DNA from: Candidatus Melainabacteria bacterium RIFOXYA2_FULL_32_9
Lineage (GTDB): Bacteria; Cyanobacteriota; Vampirovibrionia; Gastranaerophilales; UBA9579
Reading direction: 5' to 3'
Assembly: GCA_001784615.1 (NCBI GenBank)
Contig: MFRQ01000153.1
Coordinates: forward strand, 1-50,125
Length of the DNA stretch: 50,125 bases
Part shown: piece by piece, positions 19,221-28,385 of the stretch
Layout of the letters: every line of letters begins with the position of its first letter
Position numbering within the stretch: position 1 is the first letter of the stretch
Position numbers and translations under genes: made by a program
Notes under the pieces: generated by a model
Told to the model about the DNA's origin: nothing
Seen by the model: only the letters and a program-made list of their open reading frames with translations
Databases searched by the model: none

Positions 19221-19952
19221 CTAGCTCAACATTTGTTGAAGTTCATTAGCATTTTGCGCTGCAAATCCTGCTTGATCATTATTGAAATATGCAAATACTT
19301 GTTTTCCTTGATCAACATAACCCTTGATATCGTTTGAAAACCCATTTATCTCATCTTTATTATATAATCCTGCTCCAAGAGTAACAGGACCGTGATATCT
19401 AATATAAACAAAATCAGCTGTAATTTCCTTTGGTGATTGAAAATCGCCTAAATAGTATATGCAAAATGCTACATTATTTTCTCTCATCAAATCATAAGCC
19501 ATGGGATTAAACCAGCTCGGATCACGAAACTCAAGCACATGTTTATAATTCTTGGGAAGAATATTAAGAAAAGCCTTTAATCGTTCTGGATTAAACCCAA
19601 AACGTGGAGGCAATTGAAAAAGTATAGGCCCTAATTTATCGCCAAAAGCCTGAATTCTATCAAAGAAAAGGGATGTTGATTTTTCCGGATCAATAAGCTT
19701 TTTCATATGTGTGATATATCTACTTGCTTTAACTGAAAAAATAAAGTCCTCAGGGGCTGTCTCTCTCCATTGAACAATTGTTTTTTCCTGTGGCAGATGA
19801 TAAAAACTATTATTTACTTCAACTGTACAAAAATGGTCTTTATAATAGTTTAGAAAATCTTTTTCAGCAAAATTATTTGGGTAGAAAGTTCCTAACCAAT
19901 GCTTATAATGCCAGCCGGAAGTACCAATATGAATAAGCTTTGTTTTACACAT
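19221..19952 (-). CDS. DUF72 (YecE-like) family protein
   Basis: IHIGTSGWHYKHW N-terminal block. The track start 19994 is TTG. ATG 19952 is preferred. Confidence 0.75.
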   Translation of the reverse strand: MCKTKLIHIGTSGWHYKHWLGTFYPNNFAEKDFLNYYKDHFCTVEVNNSFYHLPQEKTIVQWRETAPEDFIFSVKASRYITHMKKLIDPEKSTSLFFDRIQAFGDKLGPILFQLPPRFGFNPERLKAFLNILPKNYKHVLEFRDPSWFNPMAYDLMRENNVAFCIYYLGDFQSPKEITADFVYIRYHGPVTLGAGLYNKDEINGFSNDIKGYVDQGKQVFAYFNNDQAGFAAQNANELQQMLS

Positions 19953-20120
19953 TATGCCAGATCCTTTATTTAACTTGTAAGATCTAACAGTCAAAGGATT
20001 TTCTCATCAGTTACTTGTTTAAATTTCTCATATCAAATTAAATAATACCCAGAACGCACAGTATAATTACGGTAATGCTGTCGGGCATTACGGTAAAGTC
20101 TTAAAAGACCCTAAAGATTA

Positions 20121-20154
20121 AAAACAGATGAGACTCTGATCTCATCTGTTTTGT
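20121..20154 (-). terminator. rho-independent terminator after the small membrane protein gene
   Basis: AAAACAGATGAGA / TCTCATCTGTTTT stem, T-rich on both sides. Confidence 0.65.
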
Positions 20155-20173
20155 TATGACTTAAGCTGTATAC

Positions 20174-20503
20174 TTAACGTTTGAGTATAGCTCCCATATG
20201 ACTTAACCACAAACAAGCTGGTGCAATAAAATATCCTAAAGGATTAGTTAAACCAAAAACAAGTGGAGCAGCAATAGCACCAATAGTTCCTATAGAAATA
20301 GTGGCTAATTCACGACTACCTAAGAAAAATTTCTTAATCATCTTGTCGTCTAATTTATTTCCTTTATCAATTACTGTTTTAACAACATTTTGCATACTGC
20401 CAAATGCTACTTGGTCTGAATCTAGACCTTGAGGCATTTTAGCAGATTGCTGAACTTTTAACTGTGGAACATGATTTTGTGTAAAAGACACTGGCTTAAT
20501 CAT
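20174..20503 (-). CDS. small membrane protein (109 aa), unknown function
   Basis: ATG 20503 preceded by AAGGAGAG (the track TTG at 20527 overlaps the SD). Hydrophobic C-terminal half. The N-terminal MPQGLDSDQVAFGS resembles the N-termini of the 10150 and 10632 paralogs. Confidence 0.55.
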   Translation of the reverse strand: MIKPVSFTQNHVPQLKVQQSAKMPQGLDSDQVAFGSMQNVVKTVIDKGNKLDDKMIKKFFLGSRELATISIGTIGAIAAPLVFGLTNPLGYFIAPACLWLSHMGAILKR

Positions 20504-20680
20504 AATTTTCTCTCTCCTTGTAAACAAAGATTAAATTGTATTACATACACTATATAGCTATAAAACTTGTAAAAAAGAAAGTTGCTAGCAAATTTTGAAA
20601 CTAGCAAAAAAATTTTATTATGACCATATAATCAGTAAGGACGAGACTAGAAGCCATTTAAGAAATAAAAAACGTATATC

Positions 20681-20834
20681 TGTCATTGCGAGGAACGTAG
20701 TATCGAAGCAATCTTTCCAATGTAGCTTATTGCTTATAATTGTTATTTGGAAAGATCGCCACGGGCTTAAAGCCCTCGCGATGACATTGCGTATTATTGA
20801 TAGGGTTGATGACTGAAAAAAGTGATTATGTCAC
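20681..20834. repeat. GTCATTGCGAG-box repeat cluster
   Basis: TGTCATTGCGAGGAACG...GAAGCAATC, CCACGGGCTTAAAGCCCTCGCGATGAC, then TATTATTGA..GTTGATGAC..GTGATTATGTCAC. Confidence 0.8.
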
Positions 20835-20909
20835 ATCATAATGTTAGAGATATGACTGGAAGGGTTGTTAACCAATGACAATACGAAACAGCCTTATGAT
20901 GATATTAGA

Positions 20910-21809
20910 TTAAAGAACTTTTCTGGAAAAGAATGAAGGAAAAGCAAATCTGGTACGTTCTTTTGCTTTTTCACTACCTGGTTCAGCAAACCCATACAGA
21001 AAATCTAATTCGATTTTTAAGTCCTCTGCTGAGATAAACTTGGTTAATAACCCGCCTTGTGCTAGAGAAATATCTCCTGTTTCCTCAGATACAACTAAAC
21101 AAGCAGCATCAGACACTTCTGACATACCAATAGCAGCCCTATGTCTTGTACCAAATTTCCAACTCAAAGTAGGATCTTCAGTTAAAGGCAATAAAACTCC
21201 AGCTGCAACAATTCTATCTCCGCTTACAACCACGGCACCATCATGCAATGGGGTATTAGGGTGAAAAATAGTTAATAATAATTCAGTACTGACTTTTGCA
21301 TCTATTTTGGTACCAACTTCAATATAATTCTCAAAACCGGTTGTATTCTGAATAACAATAAGAGCACCTATATGAGACTTACTTAAATGCTTTACAGTCT
21401 CAGTAAGCTCACTAATAGTATTTTTAACCTCAGATTCAGTTCCAAAAGCAAAAATATTCTTACTTAAAATCCCTGGCTGACCCAAATATCCCAATAATCT
21501 TCTTAATTCAGGCTGAAATATCACTATTAAACCAAATACAATGATACTTACAATACCTTCAAGCAACCTGCCAAGTATTTGCAGATTAAATACTTTACTA
21601 ATTAATAATGCAAACAGCACTAAAAGAGCACCATTCAAGAGACGCTCTGTCGGTGTTCCTTTAATATGTCTATACCATCTATACGCAGCAAGTCCAAATA
21701 CAACGATAAAAAAGATTATTATAATCAACTCAAATACATCAAGCGGATTCATGGTCATTAGAAAGTCCATGAACGGATGATGTTTCACTTTTTGTAAGTA
21801 TTCGAACAA
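20910..21809 (-). CDS. cdaA: diadenylate cyclase (c-di-AMP synthase), membrane-anchored
   Basis: N-terminal TM helices, then DAC blocks HDGAVVV, RHRAAIG and SEETGDISLA. The start is TTG with AGAGGA 9 nt upstream. Internal ATGs at 21770 and 21752 are alternatives. Confidence 0.85.
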   Translation of the reverse strand: MFEYLQKVKHHPFMDFLMTMNPLDVFELIIIIFFIVVFGLAAYRWYRHIKGTPTERLLNGALLVLFALLISKVFNLQILGRLLEGIVSIIVFGLIVIFQPELRRLLGYLGQPGILSKNIFAFGTESEVKNTISELTETVKHLSKSHIGALIVIQNTTGFENYIEVGTKIDAKVSTELLLTIFHPNTPLHDGAVVVSGDRIVAAGVLLPLTEDPTLSWKFGTRHRAAIGMSEVSDAACLVVSEETGDISLAQGGLLTKFISAEDLKIELDFLYGFAEPGSEKAKERTRFAFPSFFSRKVL

Positions 21810-21822
21810 TATAAGACATCCT

Positions 21823-23160
21823 CTAAAGTTGACAGAATAACCTTTCTGGCACTTTATCCAAAGCTGCCAAATCCCCGTAGGTTTCTCTTTTTATTATAAC
21901 ATCTGATGAGGAATTCTGAACCAAAATTGCTTCAGGTCGTGGAACTCTATTATAATTACTGGACATAGAGTAGTTATAAGCACCTGTTGCAAAAATACAA
22001 ATAATATCACCAGGTTCAGTTAGAGGAAGTTCTATATTTTCGATCAAAATGTCTCCAGATTCACAAAATCTACCCGCAATTGTAATAGTTTCTTTTGTTT
22101 CAGCATTAACTTTATTGGCAACTACGGCATGATAAATGGCTTGATACATAGCAGGTCTAGGGTTATCAGCCATGCCACCATCAACAGCCACGTATTTTTT
22201 TCCTTCAGGAACTTGCTTTGAACTACCAACTGTATACAGAGTCACACCGGCTGTTCCAATTATACTTCTACCGGGTTCAATTATTAATCTTGGCTCTGGC
22301 AGGTTATATTTAGCCAAATTATCGCTTACTGATTTAACAATTACTTTGGCAATTTCTTCCATTGAAGGTGGGTCATCACTTTCAGTATATTTGATACCTA
22401 AGCCACCTCCAACATTCATATCTTCAAGGATTAAACCATATTTATCCCTAATATATGCAAACTGTCCAAGTACAACTTCAGCTACATCATAATAAACTTG
22501 AGTTTCAAATATCTGAGAACCTATATGACCGTGTAATCCTTTTAATACAAGATTTGAATATTGTTCATTTATCAACTCTATAGCTTCATCAAGCTGGGAT
22601 AAATCAAAACCAAATTTGCTGTCAAGATGACCTGTTTGAATATATTCATGGGTATGACATTCAATTCCTGGAGTGATTCTAAGAAGAATATTAACTTTAC
22701 ACCCCTTTGATTTAGCAAGATTATCTAAAAGAGCCAACTCAAGGAAATTATCCACCGTAATTCTGCCAACATTTGACTCAATAGCCAGATCAAGTTCATC
22801 TATAGTTTTATTATTTCCGTTAAAAAACACTTTTTCCATAGGAAAATTTACGCTAACAGCGGTATAAATTTCCCCGCCTGAAACCACATCAAGCCCAAAG
22901 CCTTCTTCTTTTATAATGCAGCACATGGCTTTTGTCATAAAAGCCTTTGAAGCATAAAGCATTAAACTATTTTTATACTGAGAAAATGCTTCTTTATATC
23001 CCATGCAGCTTCTTCTAATTGTTTCTTCATCAAAAACATAAAGTGGAGTGCCGTATTTTTCAGCAAGCTCAACCACATCACAACTGCCTATTTCAAGATG
23101 ATTTTCATCATTAATCTTAGCTGTGCAAGGCATTACTGATTGATTAACTGCTTCTACCAT
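21823..23160 (-). CDS. lysA: diaminopimelate decarboxylase
   Basis: 445 aa. YASKAF PLP-lysine region, HIGSQ, CESGD. Confidence 0.9.
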   Translation of the reverse strand: MVEAVNQSVMPCTAKINDENHLEIGSCDVVELAEKYGTPLYVFDEETIRRSCMGYKEAFSQYKNSLMLYASKAFMTKAMCCIIKEEGFGLDVVSGGEIYTAVSVNFPMEKVFFNGNNKTIDELDLAIESNVGRITVDNFLELALLDNLAKSKGCKVNILLRITPGIECHTHEYIQTGHLDSKFGFDLSQLDEAIELINEQYSNLVLKGLHGHIGSQIFETQVYYDVAEVVLGQFAYIRDKYGLILEDMNVGGGLGIKYTESDDPPSMEEIAKVIVKSVSDNLAKYNLPEPRLIIEPGRSIIGTAGVTLYTVGSSKQVPEGKKYVAVDGGMADNPRPAMYQAIYHAVVANKVNAETKETITIAGRFCESGDILIENIELPLTEPGDIICIFATGAYNYSMSSNYNRVPRPEAILVQNSSSDVIIKRETYGDLAALDKVPERLFCQL

Positions 23161-23202
23161 TTATCTCTCCTTAACAATAAAACCATTAATTAACTCAATA
23201 AT

Positions 23203-24255
23203 TTAAGAGTAAGTTTTTATTATATTATAGGCCGTATCTCTTTGAGCTGCCGTGAAACCTGCTCTTTTAATTGTTTTAACTATCTCATCTATAGTAGTTT
23301 TATATTCTACTCCAGCAGATTTAACAACATTCTCTTCCAGCATTGTACCACCAAAATCGTTAGCGCCAAAGCTCAAACTCAGCTGCGCAACTTCTAATCC
23401 CTGAGTTACCCAGGAAGCTTGAATGTTAGGAATATTATCTAAAACTATACGAGAAATTGCTAACACCTTCATATAGTCATAACCAGAACTATAATAAATA
23501 TCACCACTACCTAATTCAGTATTCTTAGGTTGAAAAGTCCAGGGAATAAAAGCTGTAAATTTTCCTGTTTTATCCTGAAGATCCCTAATTTTCAAAAGAT
23601 GTTCAATTATATGTTCTGGTCTTTCACCAACTCCAAAAACCATAGTAGCAGTAGTACTTAATCCAATTTCATGAGCAGTTTCCATAATATTTAACCATTC
23701 TCTTGCAGAAATTTTATTAGGACTAATTTTAGTCCTGATTTCATCAGACAAAATTTCAGCCCCACCGCCTGGAATGGAAGATAAACCATATAAAACAAGC
23801 TCCTGCAACAATTCTTTTGGACTAATATTATTTTCTTTAGCTATAAAAGAAATTTCCGGAGGAGAAAAGGCATGAATAGTAAGAGCAGGAAAGTCTCTCC
23901 TGATATTACTTATTAAATTAGTATAGTACTCAAGCGGTAGATCCTTATTTAACCCGCCTTGAAGAAGTAATTGAGTACCACCAACAGCAACAAGCTCATC
24001 AATTTTTGCTTTTATAGTCTGATAATCAAGAACATACCCGTCCTCTTTATTTCTGTAAAAAGCACAAAACTTGCACTTACAAGAACAAATATTTGTATAA
24101 TTAATATTTCTATCAACAACAAAAGTAACAGGCTCAGAATTAGGATGCAGTTCCTGCCTCTTTAAATCGGCCAACATGCCAAGCTCAATGAGATTATCTA
24201 CCTCAAAAAGCTCAAAACATCTTTCTTCATCAATTCTTTTATCTAAATTTAACAT
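23203..24255 (-). CDS. mqnC: MqnC/MqnE-type radical SAM enzyme (futalosine menaquinone pathway; MqnC-like)
   Basis: DRNINYTNICSCKCKFCAF CxxxCxxC region and about 350 aa length. MqnC versus MqnE or CofH cannot be settled by eye. Confidence 0.6.
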   Translation of the reverse strand: MLNLDKRIDEERCFELFEVDNLIELGMLADLKRQELHPNSEPVTFVVDRNINYTNICSCKCKFCAFYRNKEDGYVLDYQTIKAKIDELVAVGGTQLLLQGGLNKDLPLEYYTNLISNIRRDFPALTIHAFSPPEISFIAKENNISPKELLQELVLYGLSSIPGGGAEILSDEIRTKISPNKISAREWLNIMETAHEIGLSTTATMVFGVGERPEHIIEHLLKIRDLQDKTGKFTAFIPWTFQPKNTELGSGDIYYSSGYDYMKVLAISRIVLDNIPNIQASWVTQGLEVAQLSLSFGANDFGGTMLEENVVKSAGVEYKTTIDEIVKTIKRAGFTAAQRDTAYNIIKTYS

Positions 24256-24388
24256 TATTAACCATTATTATTTCATCTAGCAGACTACTTTAATCTTATC
24301 TAAATTCTGTTCTACTATCAAATCATATTCATTTATAATTTAAAAACTATTATTGAACTCAAACAAAATAAAATGATATAGTAACTCT

Positions 24389-26014
24389 ATGTCAAATAAA
24401 TTCAACGAAGAGAAATTCATATATACACCTGCTCCAAAAGAAAAAGATGCTATTCCATTCTGGTGGTGTTTTCCAAGTACATACCAAATTGGCATGGCAT
24501 CACTGGGATACTTAAGCTTATTCAGAATTTCAGACCAAAATAAAGACGTTTATCCGGAAAGAATTTTTACTAACACTGAAAAAACTACGCATAAAATAAG
24601 CGTAGTTGAACTTGCCGGTTTTTCATTTTCTTTCGAACTGGATTTTTTGAGTATATTCAAGATTTTAGAAAAATATAATATACCCTTCAAAGCCTCAGAT
24701 CGAACAGAGGGATATCCTCTTATTTTTGGGGGAGGGCCCGTTTTAACTGCTAATCCTGAACCTTATGCTGAGTTTTTTGACTTTATTATAACGGGAGAAG
24801 GGGAAGAAATAATTCCTGAACTTGTTACAGCTTATAAAAAAATTCGTCACTTAAGTAAAAAAGAAAAGTTAATATATCTTGCTCAAATTTCAGGTATTTA
24901 TGTCCCGTCTTTGTACAATATTGAATATCATCCCGATAATACAATTAAATCTTTTACCCCAGATATACCAGAAGCTCAAGAAACAGTAACCAGAAGATGC
25001 ATAATGGACTTAAGTAAATGCATTTATAGCCCGATTCTTACAGAAAAATCTGTATTTCCTAATATGTTTTTAATAGAAACAGCCAGAGGCTGTCCAAAAA
25101 GATGTCGTTTCTGCCTTGCAAGTTATTTAAGTCTACCTGCAAGATATCCTGATTTAGAAGGCATCCTAAATGCAATAGACACAGGACTTGAATATTCTAA
25201 CAAAATAGGACTTCTTGGAGCTTTAATAACCGAACATCCACATTTTGAAAAAATTTGCGAATATCTTTTAGCTAAAAGACAGGAAAAAGAATTTGAGATT
25301 TCTGTATCTTCTTTAAGAATAGATAAAATAACCCCATTAATAGTAAAAATGCTTGTTGAAGGAGGCCAAAGAAATACAACAATAGCGATTGAAGCCGGTA
25401 GTGAACAGTTAAGAAAATTTATCAATAAAAATCTTTCTAATGAAGACATACTTAATGGAATAAAAATAGCCAGGGAAAATGGTTTAACAGGCTTAAAAGT
25501 TTACGGCATAATTGGACTTCCTTCTGAGACAGAAGCAGATATTACCGAGCTTATTAACTTAATGAAAGAAATAAAAAAAGAAAATAAAGGATTAAAGCTG
25601 ACTTTGAGTATAAGTTCCTTCGTCCCTAAAGCCCACACTCCATTACAATGGGATAAAAGAGAAAAAAATAAGACTTTGCAGGATAAGCTCAATTATCTTC
25701 AAAAAGAACTAAATAAAGCCGGGATACTTTTTAAACCGACAAGCCTTAAATGGGACTACATTCAGGCAGTTTTATCAAGAGGAGATAGAAGATTAGCGCC
25801 TTTATTGGAAAAAGTTTATGAATATTCAGGTACGCTGGGCAGCTGGGGCAGAGCTTATAAAGAATTAACCGAGGAAGAAAAGTTGGATATTCCTGAGCTA
25901 GATTGGTATGCGCTTAGAGAAATCCCTTATGATGAAATCCTCCCCTGGGATTTTATAGATACAGGATTAAACAGAAAAACACTCGAAAAAGAACGAGAAA
26001 AAGCTTACAAATAA
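24389..26014 (+). CDS. radical SAM protein with B12-binding-like N-terminal domain
   Basis: TARGCPKRCRFCLASY cluster motif. The N-terminal FPSTYQIGMASLGYLSLF block resembles the TIGR03960-type uncharacterised rSAM family. Confidence 0.7.
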   Translation: MSNKFNEEKFIYTPAPKEKDAIPFWWCFPSTYQIGMASLGYLSLFRISDQNKDVYPERIFTNTEKTTHKISVVELAGFSFSFELDFLSIFKILEKYNIPFKASDRTEGYPLIFGGGPVLTANPEPYAEFFDFIITGEGEEIIPELVTAYKKIRHLSKKEKLIYLAQISGIYVPSLYNIEYHPDNTIKSFTPDIPEAQETVTRRCIMDLSKCIYSPILTEKSVFPNMFLIETARGCPKRCRFCLASYLSLPARYPDLEGILNAIDTGLEYSNKIGLLGALITEHPHFEKICEYLLAKRQEKEFEISVSSLRIDKITPLIVKMLVEGGQRNTTIAIEAGSEQLRKFINKNLSNEDILNGIKIARENGLTGLKVYGIIGLPSETEADITELINLMKEIKKENKGLKLTLSISSFVPKAHTPLQWDKREKNKTLQDKLNYLQKELNKAGILFKPTSLKWDYIQAVLSRGDRRLAPLLEKVYEYSGTLGSWGRAYKELTEEEKLDIPELDWYALREIPYDEILPWDFIDTGLNRKTLEKEREKAYK

Positions 26015-26172
26015 ATTATTGCAGTCATTGCGAGTACTTCGTACTGTCATAGGTCATCAATTGTTGCAATAATATCCCGCTGTTATTGCGAACTTTTCAA
26101 CAGAGATATTTTAAAAATTTATCTTGTGAAGCAATCTCTAAGCATCTTTTTTTGAATTCTCGGATAGGATCT
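26015..26172. repeat. GTCATTGCGAG-box repeat cluster plus MITE-body copy
   Basis: GTCATTGCGAGTACTTCGTACTGTCATAGGTCATCAATTGTTGCAATAATA, then GTTATTGCGAAC...ATCTTGTGAAGCAATCTCTAAGCAT...GAATTCTCGGATAGGATCT. Confidence 0.8.
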
Positions 26173-26296
26173 TATTACATACTTAAGAGTAATAAATGTT
26201 AATTTATCTTAAACTCCTAAATTTAAAAAGCATTTTTTTAAATTTAGGAGTTTTTACTTATTTGAAAATCGTTATTCTAGCCCCAAAGGAGTAATT

Positions 26297-27475
26297 ATGA
26301 ATTCAATTGTAAACTCGAATACTAATTTCACTAAATACCAGCCATCAAATTTAGCTCAACCCAAATATAATAATATTGTACCTTTTAGAAATACTCATAA
26401 AAACGATCTTATAAGCTTTGCAGGAAAAGCAACTGATCCGGAAAAAGAGGCCAAAATAAATGAAATAGTTAAAGCAATAAAAAATGCTAAGAAAGTTGCC
26501 GTATTAACTCACGTATCAGCCGATGGAGATGCTGTAGGCTCACTTGCAGCAATGAGAGAACTAGTTGCAAAACAAAAGAACGTTAAAAAGGTAGAAGCAT
26601 TTATTGTAGGCAACATACCTGAAAACTTCAAATCCTTAGAAGATACAAAATCATTCCAATACATAACTAAGAAAACTCCTGGAAATATTCTTAACGAGAA
26701 ATACGATTTGGTAATTACTGTTGATGCTGCCAGAAAATATATGCTTGCTAATGCAGCAAAAATATTCGATAACGCAGATAAAACTATTAAAATTGACCAT
26801 CACCCTGATAGCGAAGATTATGCAAAAATAAACCTTGTTGATGAAAATGCCTCTTCTGCATCTCAAGTTATAAAAGAGCTTGTAAAGCCATTAGGAGTTA
26901 AATTAACTAAAAACATAGCATCAGATCTTTATCTGGCTCTTCTTACAGACACACAAGGTTTTAGATTTCCTAAAGATCCTGTCAAAGCTTTTGAAGATGC
27001 AACTGATTTAAGCAAAACAGGTATAGATGTACAAAATATATATAGAAACTGTATGGATAGAATCTCAAAGCCACTATTAGATGTGTACACAAAAGCCTTA
27101 CAAAACATTGAATTTTCTAATGATGGTTCTATAGCATACTATATTCAAGATCAGGAAACCCAAAAAGCCTACCCTGAAGAAGTACAAAAAGACAGGGCAG
27201 GAGCTAAGGAAGTATTGAAGAAAATTTACGAGATAATACTTCCAAATATTAAAGGTGTTAAAGCCTCAATGATGTTAAATGAGACTTTCGATGGTGCAAC
27301 TACAGCAAGTCTTAGAGGAAGAGATATACCTGTAAATGACATAGCAAAGCAATTTGGCGGTGGTGGCCATGAATTTGCTGCCGGGTGCAAAATAAACGAA
27401 AAACCGGAAAAAGCTCTTGAAATCCTACTAAAAGCATTTCAAGAGAAAAAAGAAAGAGAAACTAATAATAATTAA
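26297..27475 (+). CDS. DHH/DHHA1 phosphoesterase (NrnA/DhhP-like) with about 48-aa N-terminal extension
   Basis: HVSADGDAVGS, KIDHHPD and GGGHEFAAG motifs. The canonical domain begins near residue 50. Confidence 0.8.
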   Translation: MNSIVNSNTNFTKYQPSNLAQPKYNNIVPFRNTHKNDLISFAGKATDPEKEAKINEIVKAIKNAKKVAVLTHVSADGDAVGSLAAMRELVAKQKNVKKVEAFIVGNIPENFKSLEDTKSFQYITKKTPGNILNEKYDLVITVDAARKYMLANAAKIFDNADKTIKIDHHPDSEDYAKINLVDENASSASQVIKELVKPLGVKLTKNIASDLYLALLTDTQGFRFPKDPVKAFEDATDLSKTGIDVQNIYRNCMDRISKPLLDVYTKALQNIEFSNDGSIAYYIQDQETQKAYPEEVQKDRAGAKEVLKKIYEIILPNIKGVKASMMLNETFDGATTASLRGRDIPVNDIAKQFGGGGHEFAAGCKINEKPEKALEILLKAFQEKKERETNNN

Positions 27476-28311
27476 GATAAATTCAAATTTTTTATCAATT
27501 CAAGCCTCTCTCTTTTAGAAAAAGGCTTGACATAATTCATCAATAAATCAATCACATTTAAATAAGCATATTGAGCCTCATCAAACTCAATTTTACAAAC
27601 GTGTCTTGTTAAATCACTATAATAATTTAATATTTGAGAATATAATTCAGAAAAAAATTCTCTGTAATCTTCAAATTGGTATTTATCAAGGCTAAGTTGA
27701 GATATACCTGGGTCATAAAAAAGATTATTACTGGATTTCATACTGTAATATTTAATAATCTTATGCCAGGCCTGAACTTGCTTACATATTATCTTGTTCT
27801 GCAATAACTCTTCAGATAAAACATGCCCTAATTCATGTGCAAAAGTATCAAGAAACAAGCTTTTATCATATTCACCTGTAATATATTCAAGTGGAATTAT
27901 TATAATTTTATCACCATAAGAGCTATAATCAGTGTTTAAAGAGAAGCATAATTCATTTATATTATTTAAAAGTAGTTCACCAGAATGTTCAAGCATCCTT
28001 CTTATAGCAATAATAAAATCAACAGGAATATCTATATAAACGCCTTCAGGCCAATTTAAAATAGGAGGAAATCTATAAACATAAATATTTGATATAAGTT
28101 CATAGATTTTATTTGTCTTAAAATATGACTGTAAAACAAGATTTTTAATATCAATGTCATGAAAATTACAATAAAAAATTTTTCTTGAATAATCCTGAAA
28201 ACTAAAGGTTTTTAATTTATGAGAATAAAATTTCTGTTTAAACCCTAACATCTTAATTACCGTCAAAATAAAATTAGTATGGTAACCTATATATACAGAC
28301 AACTTGATCAT
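27472..28311 (-). CDS. hypothetical protein with HExxH zinc-metallopeptidase-like motif
   Basis: FAHELGHVLSEE is the only recognisable motif. No signal peptide seen. The start is uncertain (no clear SD). Confidence 0.4.
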   Translation of the reverse strand: MIKLSVYIGYHTNFILTVIKMLGFKQKFYSHKLKTFSFQDYSRKIFYCNFHDIDIKNLVLQSYFKTNKIYELISNIYVYRFPPILNWPEGVYIDIPVDFIIAIRRMLEHSGELLLNNINELCFSLNTDYSSYGDKIIIIPLEYITGEYDKSLFLDTFAHELGHVLSEELLQNKIICKQVQAWHKIIKYYSMKSSNNLFYDPGISQLSLDKYQFEDYREFFSELYSQILNYYSDLTRHVCKIEFDEAQYAYLNVIDLLMNYVKPFSKRERLELIKNLNLS

Positions 28312-28385
28312 AAAAATAGACTAAAAGATGATATACATATAATAATGAATGTTAGATCAATTTTAATCCCAAAAAGGGGCAATAT

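Noticed and set aside
20595-20816. 73-aa plus-strand ORF from the track.
   Set aside because: It lies entirely inside the GTCATTGCGAG-box repeat cluster, has a TTG start and no SD. It is a typical repeat-derived spurious ORF.
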